This document shows, piece after piece, positions 55,636-64,000 of a DNA stretch of 64,000 nucleotides (position 1 is its first letter; each line of letters begins with the position of its first letter). The stretch is from the NCBI GenBank assembly GCA_034440355.1, contig JAWXBY010000033.1:37850-101849 (forward strand), written 5' to 3'. The stretch is from Alphaproteobacteria bacterium (GTDB taxonomy: Bacteria; Pseudomonadota; Alphaproteobacteria; Micropepsales; Micropepsaceae). Made by a program: the position numbers and the translations under genes. The notes beneath the pieces were generated by a model. It saw nothing but the letters and a program-made list of their open reading frames with translations. It was not told the DNA's origin and ran no database searches.

Positions 55636-57219
55636 ATGACTGACGTTCAAGAGATTGTCGATCACACGCCCGCGGAAGCTGCCGCGCGGCGGCGCACGTT
55701 TGCGATCATCTCACATCCTGACGCGGGTAAGACGACGCTGACCGAGCATTTGCTGTTGATGGGCGGCGCGATCCATTTGGCCGGCGAAGTGAAGGCCAAG
55801 CGCGACCGGCGACGCGCGCGGTCGGACTGGATGAAGATCGAGCAGGAGCGCGGCATCTCGGTCACGACCGCGGTGATGACGTTCGAGTATGGCGGGCTGG
55901 TGTTCAATTTGCTCGACACGCCGGGCCACGAGGACTTTTCGGAAGACACCTATCGCACGCTGACGGCGGCGGACTCCGCGATCATGGTGATCGACGCGGC
56001 GAAAGGCATCGAGGCGCAGACGCGCAAGCTGGTCGAAGTTTGCCGACTTCGCGACATTCCGATCCTGACCTTCATCAACAAGATGGACCGCGAGGCGCGT
56101 GATCCGTTTGAGTTGATCGAGGAGATTTCCGATCAGTTGCAGCTGCACGTCTCGCCGATGATGTGGCCGGCGGGATCGGGTTTGAATTTTCGTGGCGTGA
56201 TGGATTTTGCGACCGACACGTTCCTGCCGTTCGGGCGAGTGGGAGAGGCGGTCGGGCACAATCGGCTCGCCGATGTGTTGAGCGCCGAGGAGCATCAGCG
56301 TTTGACGAGCGAGATGGAATTGGCGCGCGGCGGGTATCCGGCGTTCGAGCTGAAGACGTTTCGCGAGGGGCATCAGACGCCGGTCTATTTCGGCGCGGCG
56401 TTGAAGAATTTCGGCGTGCGGCAGCTGCTTGAAGGGCTTGGCCGCTATGCGCCGGCTCCGCGCGAGCAGGCCACCGTGCAGCGGGTGGTCAAGCCGTCGG
56501 ACGACAAGGTTGCGGGCTTCGTGTTCAAGGTTCAGGCGAACATGGATCCGAACCATCGCGACCGCGTGGCGTTCATGCGCGTGTGCTCCGGCCACTTCAA
56601 GCGCGGCATGAAGCTGAAGCAATCGGGTTCGGGGAAGATGATCAGCATCCACAACCCGATCCTGTTCTTCGCGCAATCCCGCGCGACGGTCGACGAAGCG
56701 TGGCCCGGCGATATTATCGGCATTCCCAATCACGGCGTGCTGCGCGTCGGGGATACGCTGACCGAAGGCGAGGATCTGACCTTTACGGGGATTCCGAACT
56801 TCGCGCCTGAAATCGTCCGGCGGGTGCGGCTGGCGGATCCGTTGAAGGCCAAGCATCTGCAGCGCGCGCTGGAGGCGTTGGCCGAAGAGGGTGTGACGCA
56901 GGTGTTCCGCGCCAAGATCGGCTCGCAGTGGTTCGTGGGCGTCGTCGGACAGTTGCAGCTCGACGTGCTGGCGAGCCGGATCAAGGCCGAGTATGGGCTT
57001 GAGGTGGCGTTCGAGCCGGGGCTGTTCGAGACGGCGCGCTGGGTGGCGAGCGACGATCCGGTCGAGCTGAAACGCTTCCTCGATGCGCATCAGGGCAACA
57101 TGGCCGACGACGGCGACGGCTCGCCCGTGTTCATGGCGAAGAGCGCGTGGGAATTGCGCTATTCGGCCGAGCGTTGGCCGAAGATCAAATTCACAGCGAC
57201 GCGCGAGCGCCGTCACTAA
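55636..57219 (+). CDS. prfC: Peptide chain release factor 3
   Basis: Trimmed to ATG 55636. RRTFAIISHPDAGKTTLTE, DTPGHEDF and NKMDRE. Confidence 0.97.
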   Translation: MTDVQEIVDHTPAEAAARRRTFAIISHPDAGKTTLTEHLLLMGGAIHLAGEVKAKRDRRRARSDWMKIEQERGISVTTAVMTFEYGGLVFNLLDTPGHEDFSEDTYRTLTAADSAIMVIDAAKGIEAQTRKLVEVCRLRDIPILTFINKMDREARDPFELIEEISDQLQLHVSPMMWPAGSGLNFRGVMDFATDTFLPFGRVGEAVGHNRLADVLSAEEHQRLTSEMELARGGYPAFELKTFREGHQTPVYFGAALKNFGVRQLLEGLGRYAPAPREQATVQRVVKPSDDKVAGFVFKVQANMDPNHRDRVAFMRVCSGHFKRGMKLKQSGSGKMISIHNPILFFAQSRATVDEAWPGDIIGIPNHGVLRVGDTLTEGEDLTFTGIPNFAPEIVRRVRLADPLKAKHLQRALEALAEEGVTQVFRAKIGSQWFVGVVGQLQLDVLASRIKAEYGLEVAFEPGLFETARWVASDDPVELKRFLDAHQGNMADDGDGSPVFMAKSAWELRYSAERWPKIKFTATRERRH

Positions 57220-57224
57220 GGGCG

Positions 57225-58340
57225 TCAGCTCGCTCTGGCGATGGCCGGTTGGGCGTCGGCTTCTTTGCGGACGCGCCAGAAGCGCATGACGCGCTGGGCG
57301 GCTTCGGGCGTGACCTTGTCGTAGAGTTCAAGGATGTTGTTCGTGCCCTTTTGTCCGTCCTTGTTTCGCTCTTCCAGGAAGAAGGCGATGGCGGCGAAGG
57401 TCGAACGGTCGAAGCGCATGGCGCGGCAGACGACGGCGACGCCTTCGGTGTTGCACGCGGTGACGATGCGGCCTGCCGTCTTCACGTCGATTTCGGCGAG
57501 CCGCGCGAAGGCGTGGATGAACTCTGTCACCTGCTTGTTGCGTAGCAGTTGGTGGAGCAGCGCTTCGTTGAGCAGTTTGCGGCGCGCCATTTCGGCGACG
57601 TAGACCATCGCTTTGCGATCGGCGTCTTTCACCTGGCGGACTTCGCCGGCGAATTCCTTGGCGGCGTCGGCGAAGGCTTTCTCGATGACTTCAGGCGGCA
57701 GGCTGTCGAGTTGTTGCGTGATTTTCGTACGCAGTTCCGACGACACGAACGAGAACATGTCCTGCAGCATGTCGGGCGGAACGTCGGCGCGCATGATCAG
57801 CGGCGCTTGCAAGGTCTCGCTCGTTTCGCTGCGTTCGACCACGCGGCGGCTGGTGGAGCGCGACAGTTTGGCGGCGGTGTTCGAGACGAGTTTTACGACG
57901 ACCTGATCGTCGCCGTGTTCGACGATCGCCTCGGAGACAGCTTCCGAGACGGTGTGGCGGCCGGCAATGGCTTCGAGCCTGTCTTGCGCGGAGTGGCGCG
58001 CGATGGCGATGAGATCGTCGTCGCGCAGGACGGTGCTTTTCAGCAGCACGTCTTTGGCGACGCTGAACTCTTCGTCCGCCGCGAGGCGTTGGATCAGATT
58101 GTGCGGCGCGGAGGGGACGTTGGCGAATTGCTTGGCGAGCTGGCGGCGGACGGCGGCGTCCATGTCGGTTGCGACGCGGCCCAAGATGGCGCCGAAGTGG
58201 TCGCGTTCGGTGTCGGAATAATCGGGGGCGGCGTCCAGGAAGACGTCGGTGAGCTTGCGCATGAGTTCGCGGCGCTTGTCGCTCGACGGCTCTTTGGCGA
58301 GGTCGATCAGGTCTTGCAGATGAGAGGTTTCTTGCGACAT
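57225..58340 (-). CDS. DUF2336 domain protein (HEAT-like repeats)
   Basis: Trimmed to ATG 58340 (MSQETSHLQDLIDLAKEPSSDKRRELMRKLTDVFL). Confidence 0.7.
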   Translation of the reverse strand: MSQETSHLQDLIDLAKEPSSDKRRELMRKLTDVFLDAAPDYSDTERDHFGAILGRVATDMDAAVRRQLAKQFANVPSAPHNLIQRLAADEEFSVAKDVLLKSTVLRDDDLIAIARHSAQDRLEAIAGRHTVSEAVSEAIVEHGDDQVVVKLVSNTAAKLSRSTSRRVVERSETSETLQAPLIMRADVPPDMLQDMFSFVSSELRTKITQQLDSLPPEVIEKAFADAAKEFAGEVRQVKDADRKAMVYVAEMARRKLLNEALLHQLLRNKQVTEFIHAFARLAEIDVKTAGRIVTACNTEGVAVVCRAMRFDRSTFAAIAFFLEERNKDGQKGTNNILELYDKVTPEAAQRVMRFWRVRKEADAQPAIARAS

Positions 58341-58413
58341 GACCCCGCCGACACCCAGTTTTGTGCCGGGCATGATGTCGTTTCGCGGGTAAATTTTCGG
58401 TCAGGAACTATAG

Positions 58414-59628
58414 CTAACGCGCTTCAATGATCTCGACAAAAGTGTCGGGGTAGAAGCCGTTAAAGGCGGTTCTGAGCGCGCAAGAGTAGGCCCCCAGCTT
58501 CTGAAACTCGATCCAGTCGCCGGCACCTATCGTTTCCGGCAGGTCGATCAGATAGTGGAGGACGTCGAGCGTGTCGCAGGTCGGGCCGAATGCTTTGAAT
58601 GCCGCGAGACGGCCTTTCTTTTCGACGATCTTACCGCCAGGCCCTTCGCTGAAAACGCGCAGCGGATAGCGGACCGGCCAGTTCTGTAATGCGTATTCGT
58701 TGAGGCTACCGTAGATGCCGTCGTTGATGAAGACGGTGTAGTCGCGGCGCAGCGACACGCGCGTGATTACGGACAGACCGTCGGCGACGAGGGCTCGGCC
58801 GGGCTCGCAGTAGACCGGCGCGCGCTTCGGCAGATTGAGGTCGGCGAGACCTTCGCGGATCGCGTCGAAGAATTCGGTCAGAGGCGGGACGGTAACGTTC
58901 AGGTAATAGCCGGGGAAGCCGCCGCCGACATCGAGCGCCTCGAGTTCGACGCGCGCTTGCTGGAGCACTTCGGCGCAGCGGCCGAGAGCGGTTTTGTACG
59001 ATTGCGGGTGGAGACACTGCGAACCGACGTGGAAGGTGAGCGCGGGTTTCGCGCCGGACTGCACGATTTTTCTGAGCAGCTGTGCGGCGGCTGTCGTGCC
59101 GATGCCGAATTTGCTCGACAGCTCTAGGAGTGCGCCGTCGGCGGGAACATACAGGCGCACGAACAGCGTCAGCGCCGCGGCGATCGATTTGTCCGCGTCG
59201 CCGCCCGTTTCGCGCAGGATCGTGTTCAGTTCGTCTTCACTGTCCAACGCGAAATTGCGTACGCCGTATTTTTTGTACGCTTCGCCGGCCGCGCCGCGGA
59301 TGCGCACGGGCGCCATGAAATGCACGCCGGCGTCGGGATAGCGTTCGCGCGCGAGTTTCACTTCGGCAAGCGAGGCGACGTCGAAGTGGCGGATGCCGGC
59401 GCCGTGCACGTGATCGACGACGGGAACCGCGTGGTTCGCTTTAACCGCGTACATCGTTTCGCCGGGGAAGCCGTCGTGGAAGGCCTTCGCCGCCGCCTTG
59501 AAAGCGGGCGGAAACAACGCGTAAACGGGCAGCGACGGACGCTCTTTGTCGATGAGTTCCGCGACGGACGAGAAGCGCGGCATTTCCTTTGCTGTTCGGG
59601 CCGGCGCCGCGTGGGCAGAGATTGACAT
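58414..59628 (-). CDS. Type III PLP-dependent ornithine/lysine/diaminopimelate-type decarboxylase (ODC-like)
   Basis: Trimmed to ATG 59628. PLP-Lys motif MYAVKAN, LDVGGGFPG, and EPGRALV. Confidence 0.85.
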   Translation of the reverse strand: MSISAHAAPARTAKEMPRFSSVAELIDKERPSLPVYALFPPAFKAAAKAFHDGFPGETMYAVKANHAVPVVDHVHGAGIRHFDVASLAEVKLARERYPDAGVHFMAPVRIRGAAGEAYKKYGVRNFALDSEDELNTILRETGGDADKSIAAALTLFVRLYVPADGALLELSSKFGIGTTAAAQLLRKIVQSGAKPALTFHVGSQCLHPQSYKTALGRCAEVLQQARVELEALDVGGGFPGYYLNVTVPPLTEFFDAIREGLADLNLPKRAPVYCEPGRALVADGLSVITRVSLRRDYTVFINDGIYGSLNEYALQNWPVRYPLRVFSEGPGGKIVEKKGRLAAFKAFGPTCDTLDVLHYLIDLPETIGAGDWIEFQKLGAYSCALRTAFNGFYPDTFVEIIEAR

Positions 59629-59901
59629 GCCGTTCTCTCTCGCGCGCCGCATACCCGCGTGTGGTCGTTGAAGAAGGCGCGGGGATAGTGGATCGCGCGC
59701 CTTAGGTCAATCAAGCGCCGCGGTGGCGTTTTCCCGTCTTCGCGTGCGGGCCGTGCCGTCATGCATTTGAAACAAATTTGAGCAGGACTGTTCACGCGGT
59801 GGTGAGAGTCGGGTTGTAGCGTCCGTCACACGGGGCAGTTGCCGGTTGCTTGCGTTGTGCGGCCGGTAACTTCGCGGGGGCTTAACATTGTGAGGCTCCT
59901 G

Positions 59902-60930
59902 ATGCGTCTTGGCGTGACGTTGGCCGGCGTGCTGATCCTCTGCGTGCTGGGTTTGGTGTCGGTGATCCATGGATCGGACGTGCTGCCGAAGGGCAGCGCG
60001 ACGGTGGTCGGCGTGCTCGTCTTTTGCTCGTGCATCACGGGCATGATGGTCGCGCACATCTACACAGGCTATGAGCGGGCAGAGCGGACGGCCGTCCAGT
60101 TGCAGAAGGCAAATGTCGATCTCGAACTGCTTGTCACCGAGCGGACGCAACGGCTGTCCGAGAAGGTCGTCGAACTTGAGAATGCTCGTGCGGAAGCAGT
60201 GGAGGCGAACGCGGCCAAGTCGCGATTCCTCGCCAATATGAGCCACGAATTGCGTACGCCGCTAAATGCGATCCTCGGGTTCTCCGAAATGATCCAGCAT
60301 CAGATTTATGGCCCTGCCGGCGATCCGCGCTATCTCGAATATGCGCGTCACATCCACAACAGCGGTTCGCACCTCTTGTCGCTGATCCGCGAAATTCTCG
60401 ATCTGTCGAAGATCGAGGCGGGCAAGATGGAGTTGAGTTGCGAGGCGTTCGACATCGATAGTCTCATCGACGAAGCGCGCAAACTCTCGCGCGGCGATGC
60501 GAACCACGACCTGACCATTCTCGTCGAAGACGATTTGCCGGCGCTGTTCGCCGACAAGCGGGCGACGTTGCAGATGATGCTGAACCTGTTGTCCAACGCG
60601 GTGAAGTTTACGCCGCGCGGCGGGGCCATTGCGGCGACGGCGGTTGCGCGCGCGGACGGCGGCATCACGCTCAGCGTGCGCGACAGCGGCATCGGGATCG
60701 CGAAGGCGGACATTCCGAAGGCGCTCGCCGTCTATTCACAAGTCGATTGTGCGGAGGTGCGAAAGCACGACGGCACGGGCCTGGGGCTGCCCATCGTACA
60801 AGCCCTGATCAAACTGCACGGCGGCACGCTCGACCTCGACAGTGAGGCCGGTCGAGGGACGAGCGTGTCGCTGCATTTCCCGGCAGAGCGATCGATGCGG
60901 CGCGGTGAGGAGGCGGCGATTGCGGCGTGA
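59902..60930 (+). CDS. Membrane-bound sensor histidine kinase (orphan)
   Basis: Two N-terminal TM helices. H-box FLANMSHELRTPLNAI, N-box LLSNAVKFT, and G-boxes DSGIGI and GTGLGLPI. The start is uncertain (59839 or 59902). Confidence 0.85.
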   Translation: MRLGVTLAGVLILCVLGLVSVIHGSDVLPKGSATVVGVLVFCSCITGMMVAHIYTGYERAERTAVQLQKANVDLELLVTERTQRLSEKVVELENARAEAVEANAAKSRFLANMSHELRTPLNAILGFSEMIQHQIYGPAGDPRYLEYARHIHNSGSHLLSLIREILDLSKIEAGKMELSCEAFDIDSLIDEARKLSRGDANHDLTILVEDDLPALFADKRATLQMMLNLLSNAVKFTPRGGAIAATAVARADGGITLSVRDSGIGIAKADIPKALAVYSQVDCAEVRKHDGTGLGLPIVQALIKLHGGTLDLDSEAGRGTSVSLHFPAERSMRRGEEAAIAA

Positions 60931-60931
60931 A

Positions 60932-61438
60932 TTATTCCGCGGCGGCGCACGTGCGGGTGTGGCGCAGGTCGAGGACGTTGCGGATGCAGTCGCTCGCCGG
61001 CTGGTAGAAGACCGTTTGTTCGGCAAGCGCGGCGCGGAAGTCTTCCAGACGTGTGCCGGGGCGGACCTCGAAGGCGTCGACGCCGCAGCGGCTCATGAAC
61101 AGCCACTGATCGCGCAGAACATCGCCGACGGCGCGGATTTCGCCGGTGAAGCCTAGGCGCTGGCGCAGGATGCGCGCGTAGGAATAGCCGCGGCCGTCGC
61201 GGAATTTCGGGAACTCGAGTTCGATCAACGCGAAGTGAGTCACATCGGCGCCGAGGGTTTCAGGTGACTGGTCCGAGGCTAAACGAATGCCGAGCGGGGC
61301 GTTGCGGGCGGCGAGGGTTTCGCGTTCGGCCTGCCAGCGTTTCAGGGACACGACGATTGCGCCTTCGGGCGGCGTCTCGTCGTCGGCGACGTGCGCGAAG
61401 GTGTTTTCGACGAAGGCGTTGTCTTTAATGAGCGGCAT
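60932..61438 (-). CDS. DUF934 domain protein (sulfite-reductase-associated)
   Basis: Trimmed to ATG 61438 (MPLIKDN...). FPKFRDGRGYSYARILR motif. It overlaps the sulfite reductase stop. Confidence 0.8.
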   Translation of the reverse strand: MPLIKDNAFVENTFAHVADDETPPEGAIVVSLKRWQAERETLAARNAPLGIRLASDQSPETLGADVTHFALIELEFPKFRDGRGYSYARILRQRLGFTGEIRAVGDVLRDQWLFMSRCGVDAFEVRPGTRLEDFRAALAEQTVFYQPASDCIRNVLDLRHTRTCAAAE

Positions 61439-63083
61439 AGAGTTTCTCACGGAATGGCTGAATGCCGACGCGGCGATAGGTATCCAAGAAGCGTTCGCCG
61501 GATTGGCGCAGGCCGATATAGGTGTCGATGAGTTTTTCGATGGCGTCGGGGACTTCGGCTTCGCCGAAGGCCGGCCCCAAGATTTCGCCGATCGACGTGG
61601 TTTCGTCGCCGGAGCCGCCGAGGGTAATTTGGTAGTACTCGACGCCCTTCTTGTCGACGCCCAGGATGCCGATGTTGCCGACGTGGTGGTGGCCGCAGGC
61701 GTTGATGCAACCTGAGATTTTCATCTTCAGTTCGCCGATGTCGCGCTGGCGGTCGAGGTCGGCGAAGCGCTTCGAGACGGCCTGCGCGATGTTGATGGAG
61801 CGCGCGTTGGCGAGGTCGCAATAGTCGAGGCCCGGGCAGGCGATGATGTCGGTGATGAGGCCGTAGTTCGCGGTGGCGAGGCCGGCCTTGTCGAGTTGCT
61901 GCCAGAGGTCGAAGAGGTCGCGCTGGCGCACATGGGCGAGCACCAGGTTCTGTTCGTGGCTGACGCGGATTTCGTCGAAGCTCAGGCGTTCGGCGAGGTT
62001 CGCGACCAGGTCCATTTGATCGGCGCTGGCGTCGCCCGGGATGCCGCCGATGGGTTTGAGCGAGATCGTGACGATGGCGTAACCGGACGCCTTGTGTTGG
62101 GCGACGTTGATGTCGTGCCAGTCGGCGAAGGCTTTGCTCTGTTTCTTCTGCGCGGCCAGCAGCGCGGTTTCGTCGTGCAGGACGTCGAACGCGGGATCGG
62201 CGAAGTAGGTTTTGATCCGATCGATTTCGGCTTGCGGCAACGCGAGCGCGCCTTGGGTTTTGATCTCGGCGAATTCGGCGGCGACTTGGCGGCGCATTTC
62301 TTCGGCGCCGATTTGATGCACCAGGATCTTGATGCGCGCTTTGTAGATGTTGTCGCGGCGGCCGTGCTGATTGTAGACGCGCATTGTCGCTTCGAGATAG
62401 GCGAGCAGATCGGTCGCGGCGATGTTCTCGCCGATCAGGTGCGCGACGTAGGGCGTGCGGCCTTGGCCGCCGCCGACATAGACGTCGAATTGCAGTGTGT
62501 TCGACGCGTCGCGGCGGATGATGATACCGATGTCGTGGACTTTGATCGCGGCGCGGTCTTTCGGCGCGGCCGTGACCGCGATCTTGAACTTGCGCGGTAG
62601 GTACGAGAATTCCGGGTGGAACGTCGACCACTGGCGGATGATTTCGGACCAGATGCGCGGGTCGTCGACTTCGTCTGCGGCGGCGCCGGCGAAGTGGTCC
62701 GACGTCACGTTGCGGATGCAGTTGCCGCTGGTTTGGATGGCGTGCATCTCGACGGTAGCGAGATCGCCGAGGATATCGGGCACGTCGGCGAGCTTCGGCC
62801 AGTTGTACTGAAGATTTTGGCGCGTCGTGAAATGCGCGTAGTCCTTGTCGTACTTGCGCGCGATGTGGGCCAGCATGCGCAACTGACGCGACGACAGCGT
62901 GCCGTACGGAATGGCGACGCGCAGCATGTAGGCGTGAAGCTGAAGGTAGAGGCCGTTCATCAGGCGCAGCGGTTTGAACTCGTCTTCGGTGAGTTCGCCT
63001 GAGAGGCGGCGCGCGACTTGGCCGCGGAACTGCGTGACGCGTTCGTCCACGATCTTCTGATCGAATTCGTCGTAGCGATACAT
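61425..63083 (-). CDS. Nitrite/sulfite reductase (sirohaem-[4Fe-4S], CysI-like)
   Basis: 552 aa. Cys cluster motifs ACPGLDYC and SGCINACGHHHVGNIG. Confidence 0.9.
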   Translation of the reverse strand: MYRYDEFDQKIVDERVTQFRGQVARRLSGELTEDEFKPLRLMNGLYLQLHAYMLRVAIPYGTLSSRQLRMLAHIARKYDKDYAHFTTRQNLQYNWPKLADVPDILGDLATVEMHAIQTSGNCIRNVTSDHFAGAAADEVDDPRIWSEIIRQWSTFHPEFSYLPRKFKIAVTAAPKDRAAIKVHDIGIIIRRDASNTLQFDVYVGGGQGRTPYVAHLIGENIAATDLLAYLEATMRVYNQHGRRDNIYKARIKILVHQIGAEEMRRQVAAEFAEIKTQGALALPQAEIDRIKTYFADPAFDVLHDETALLAAQKKQSKAFADWHDINVAQHKASGYAIVTISLKPIGGIPGDASADQMDLVANLAERLSFDEIRVSHEQNLVLAHVRQRDLFDLWQQLDKAGLATANYGLITDIIACPGLDYCDLANARSINIAQAVSKRFADLDRQRDIGELKMKISGCINACGHHHVGNIGILGVDKKGVEYYQITLGGSGDETTSIGEILGPAFGEAEVPDAIEKLIDTYIGLRQSGERFLDTYRRVGIQPFREKLYAAH

Positions 63084-63373
63084 TAGAGCGCGGCCTGTTT
63101 GCCCAGATCGCGGCGGACGGTGGGGCCGGCGGCGCGGATGATCTCGCGCATCTTCACGGGCTTCGTCGCGTCGGCCGGGGTGACGTCGAAGAGGTAGGCG
63201 TGGACGATCAGCTGATTGCGCTCGGCCTCAACGCCGACCGTAAGCGCCGCCTCACCCTCAGGTTTTGTTGCGAAGACTTGTGCGCCGGCGATGCGTTCGA
63301 CCCACGCGCCGTCCGCGGCGAGGTAGACAACCTCACCGTCGTTCAGCCGATTTGCGGTCAAAACCTGGGGCAT
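63083..63373 (-). CDS. DUF2849 domain protein
   Basis: MPQVLTANRLNDGEVVYLAADGAW... The stop overlaps the sulfite reductase ATG (TAATG). Confidence 0.8.
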   Translation of the reverse strand: MPQVLTANRLNDGEVVYLAADGAWVERIAGAQVFATKPEGEAALTVGVEAERNQLIVHAYLFDVTPADATKPVKMREIIRAAGPTVRRDLGKQAAL

Positions 63374-63541
63374 TCCGCGCGTCCTATCTCCACCTAGGAT
63401 GGGGAGAGGGACCTATTCTGTCAAGTTTGGACGTGAAATATATTAAATCACAGTTATTATACGTGATATGTTCTAACGCCGATGTAAGTTCCCCTATTTT
63501 GGCGGCCTGCCAGAATTGGCTTGGGTTTCCGGGGGGAAGTC

Positions 63542-64000
63542 ATGCGTTTGCTGTTGTTAGTGTTCACGCTGCTTGTCGCGGCGCAAACGGCGCGCGCCGA
63601 TAGCGTCGTCGAGTTGAAGAGCGGCGGTTTGTCGATCCAGGTCGGCGGTCGAACTCAGGCAAACCTAATCTATCACATCGATTGTTTAGCGCGCGCGATC
63701 GGCTGCACGGTCGAGGCCTATGAGCAATTGTGGAAGGGGCAACTTGGCTTTGACGAGGCGGACGCTCAACTCGTGAAGGAATGGGCGTCGTTGCGACGCG
63801 CCATTGAGCAGAGCGAGAAAGGCGGCGATCCCACTCTACCGATTAAGGCGAGCGTTCCGATCTTCGGCGCGCGCGAGGACGGCGCGCTGAACAGGCTTCG
63901 TTTCGCGGAGTTCGCCGCAGCGGATGCCGGCGCACTCAACGGCGTATGGGCGTCATCGACGCCTGCCGAAACGGCGGCGCGATTTTCAGCGATCGCCGAT
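63542..64000 (+). CDS. 5' part of a secreted hypothetical protein that continues beyond the window end
   Basis: ATG 63542 is preceded by ggggggaag. Signal peptide MRLLLLVFTLLVAAQTARA. The frame is open to position 64000 and is absent from the ORF track because there is no stop in the window. Confidence 0.6.
   Translation, partial: MRLLLLVFTLLVAAQTARADSVVELKSGGLSIQVGGRTQANLIYHIDCLARAIGCTVEAYEQLWKGQLGFDEADAQLVKEWASLRRAIEQSEKGGDPTLPIKASVPIFGAREDGALNRLRFAEFAAADAGALNGVWASSTPAETAARFSAIAD

Overview
The window is a high-GC chromosomal segment that looks alphaproteobacterial (Hyphomicrobiales-like gene order and protein types). I call about 75 protein-coding genes. I found no rRNA, tRNA, CRISPR array, transposase or integrase. 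A housekeeping backbone is clear: yfgM-like/bamB/der, SDR-purF-cvpA-radA, alr, dnaB, rplI-rpsR-rpsF, prfC, ggt, and a DUF2849/sulfite reductase/DUF934 operon. Accessory genes are interleaved with it. The strongest signal that no ORF track shows is 9-10 exact GGAAC-N16/17-CGTT motifs, the sigma-EcfG general-stress promoter consensus. Each sits 20-130 nt upstream of a gene start and in the correct orientation. The genes they precede include a KGG stress protein, a DUF883 protein, a 24-aa membrane peptide and a ThsB/DUF1863-like TIR-domain gene. Others are an operon encoding a HAD-IIB::HerA-like ATPase fusion, a GT4 glycosyltransferase and a GDE-type glucosidase, and a PLP-like/GNAT/CN-hydrolase operon. 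Other observations are a probable yybP-ykoY Mn riboswitch before a GDT1/UPF0016 gene, two apparent frameshifts, a 130-nt palindromic repeat in a roughly 720-nt gene-free gap, and low-complexity extensions on S18, L9 and S6. All functions are inferred by eye from translated motifs. No searches or computations were run, and start codons are best guesses.
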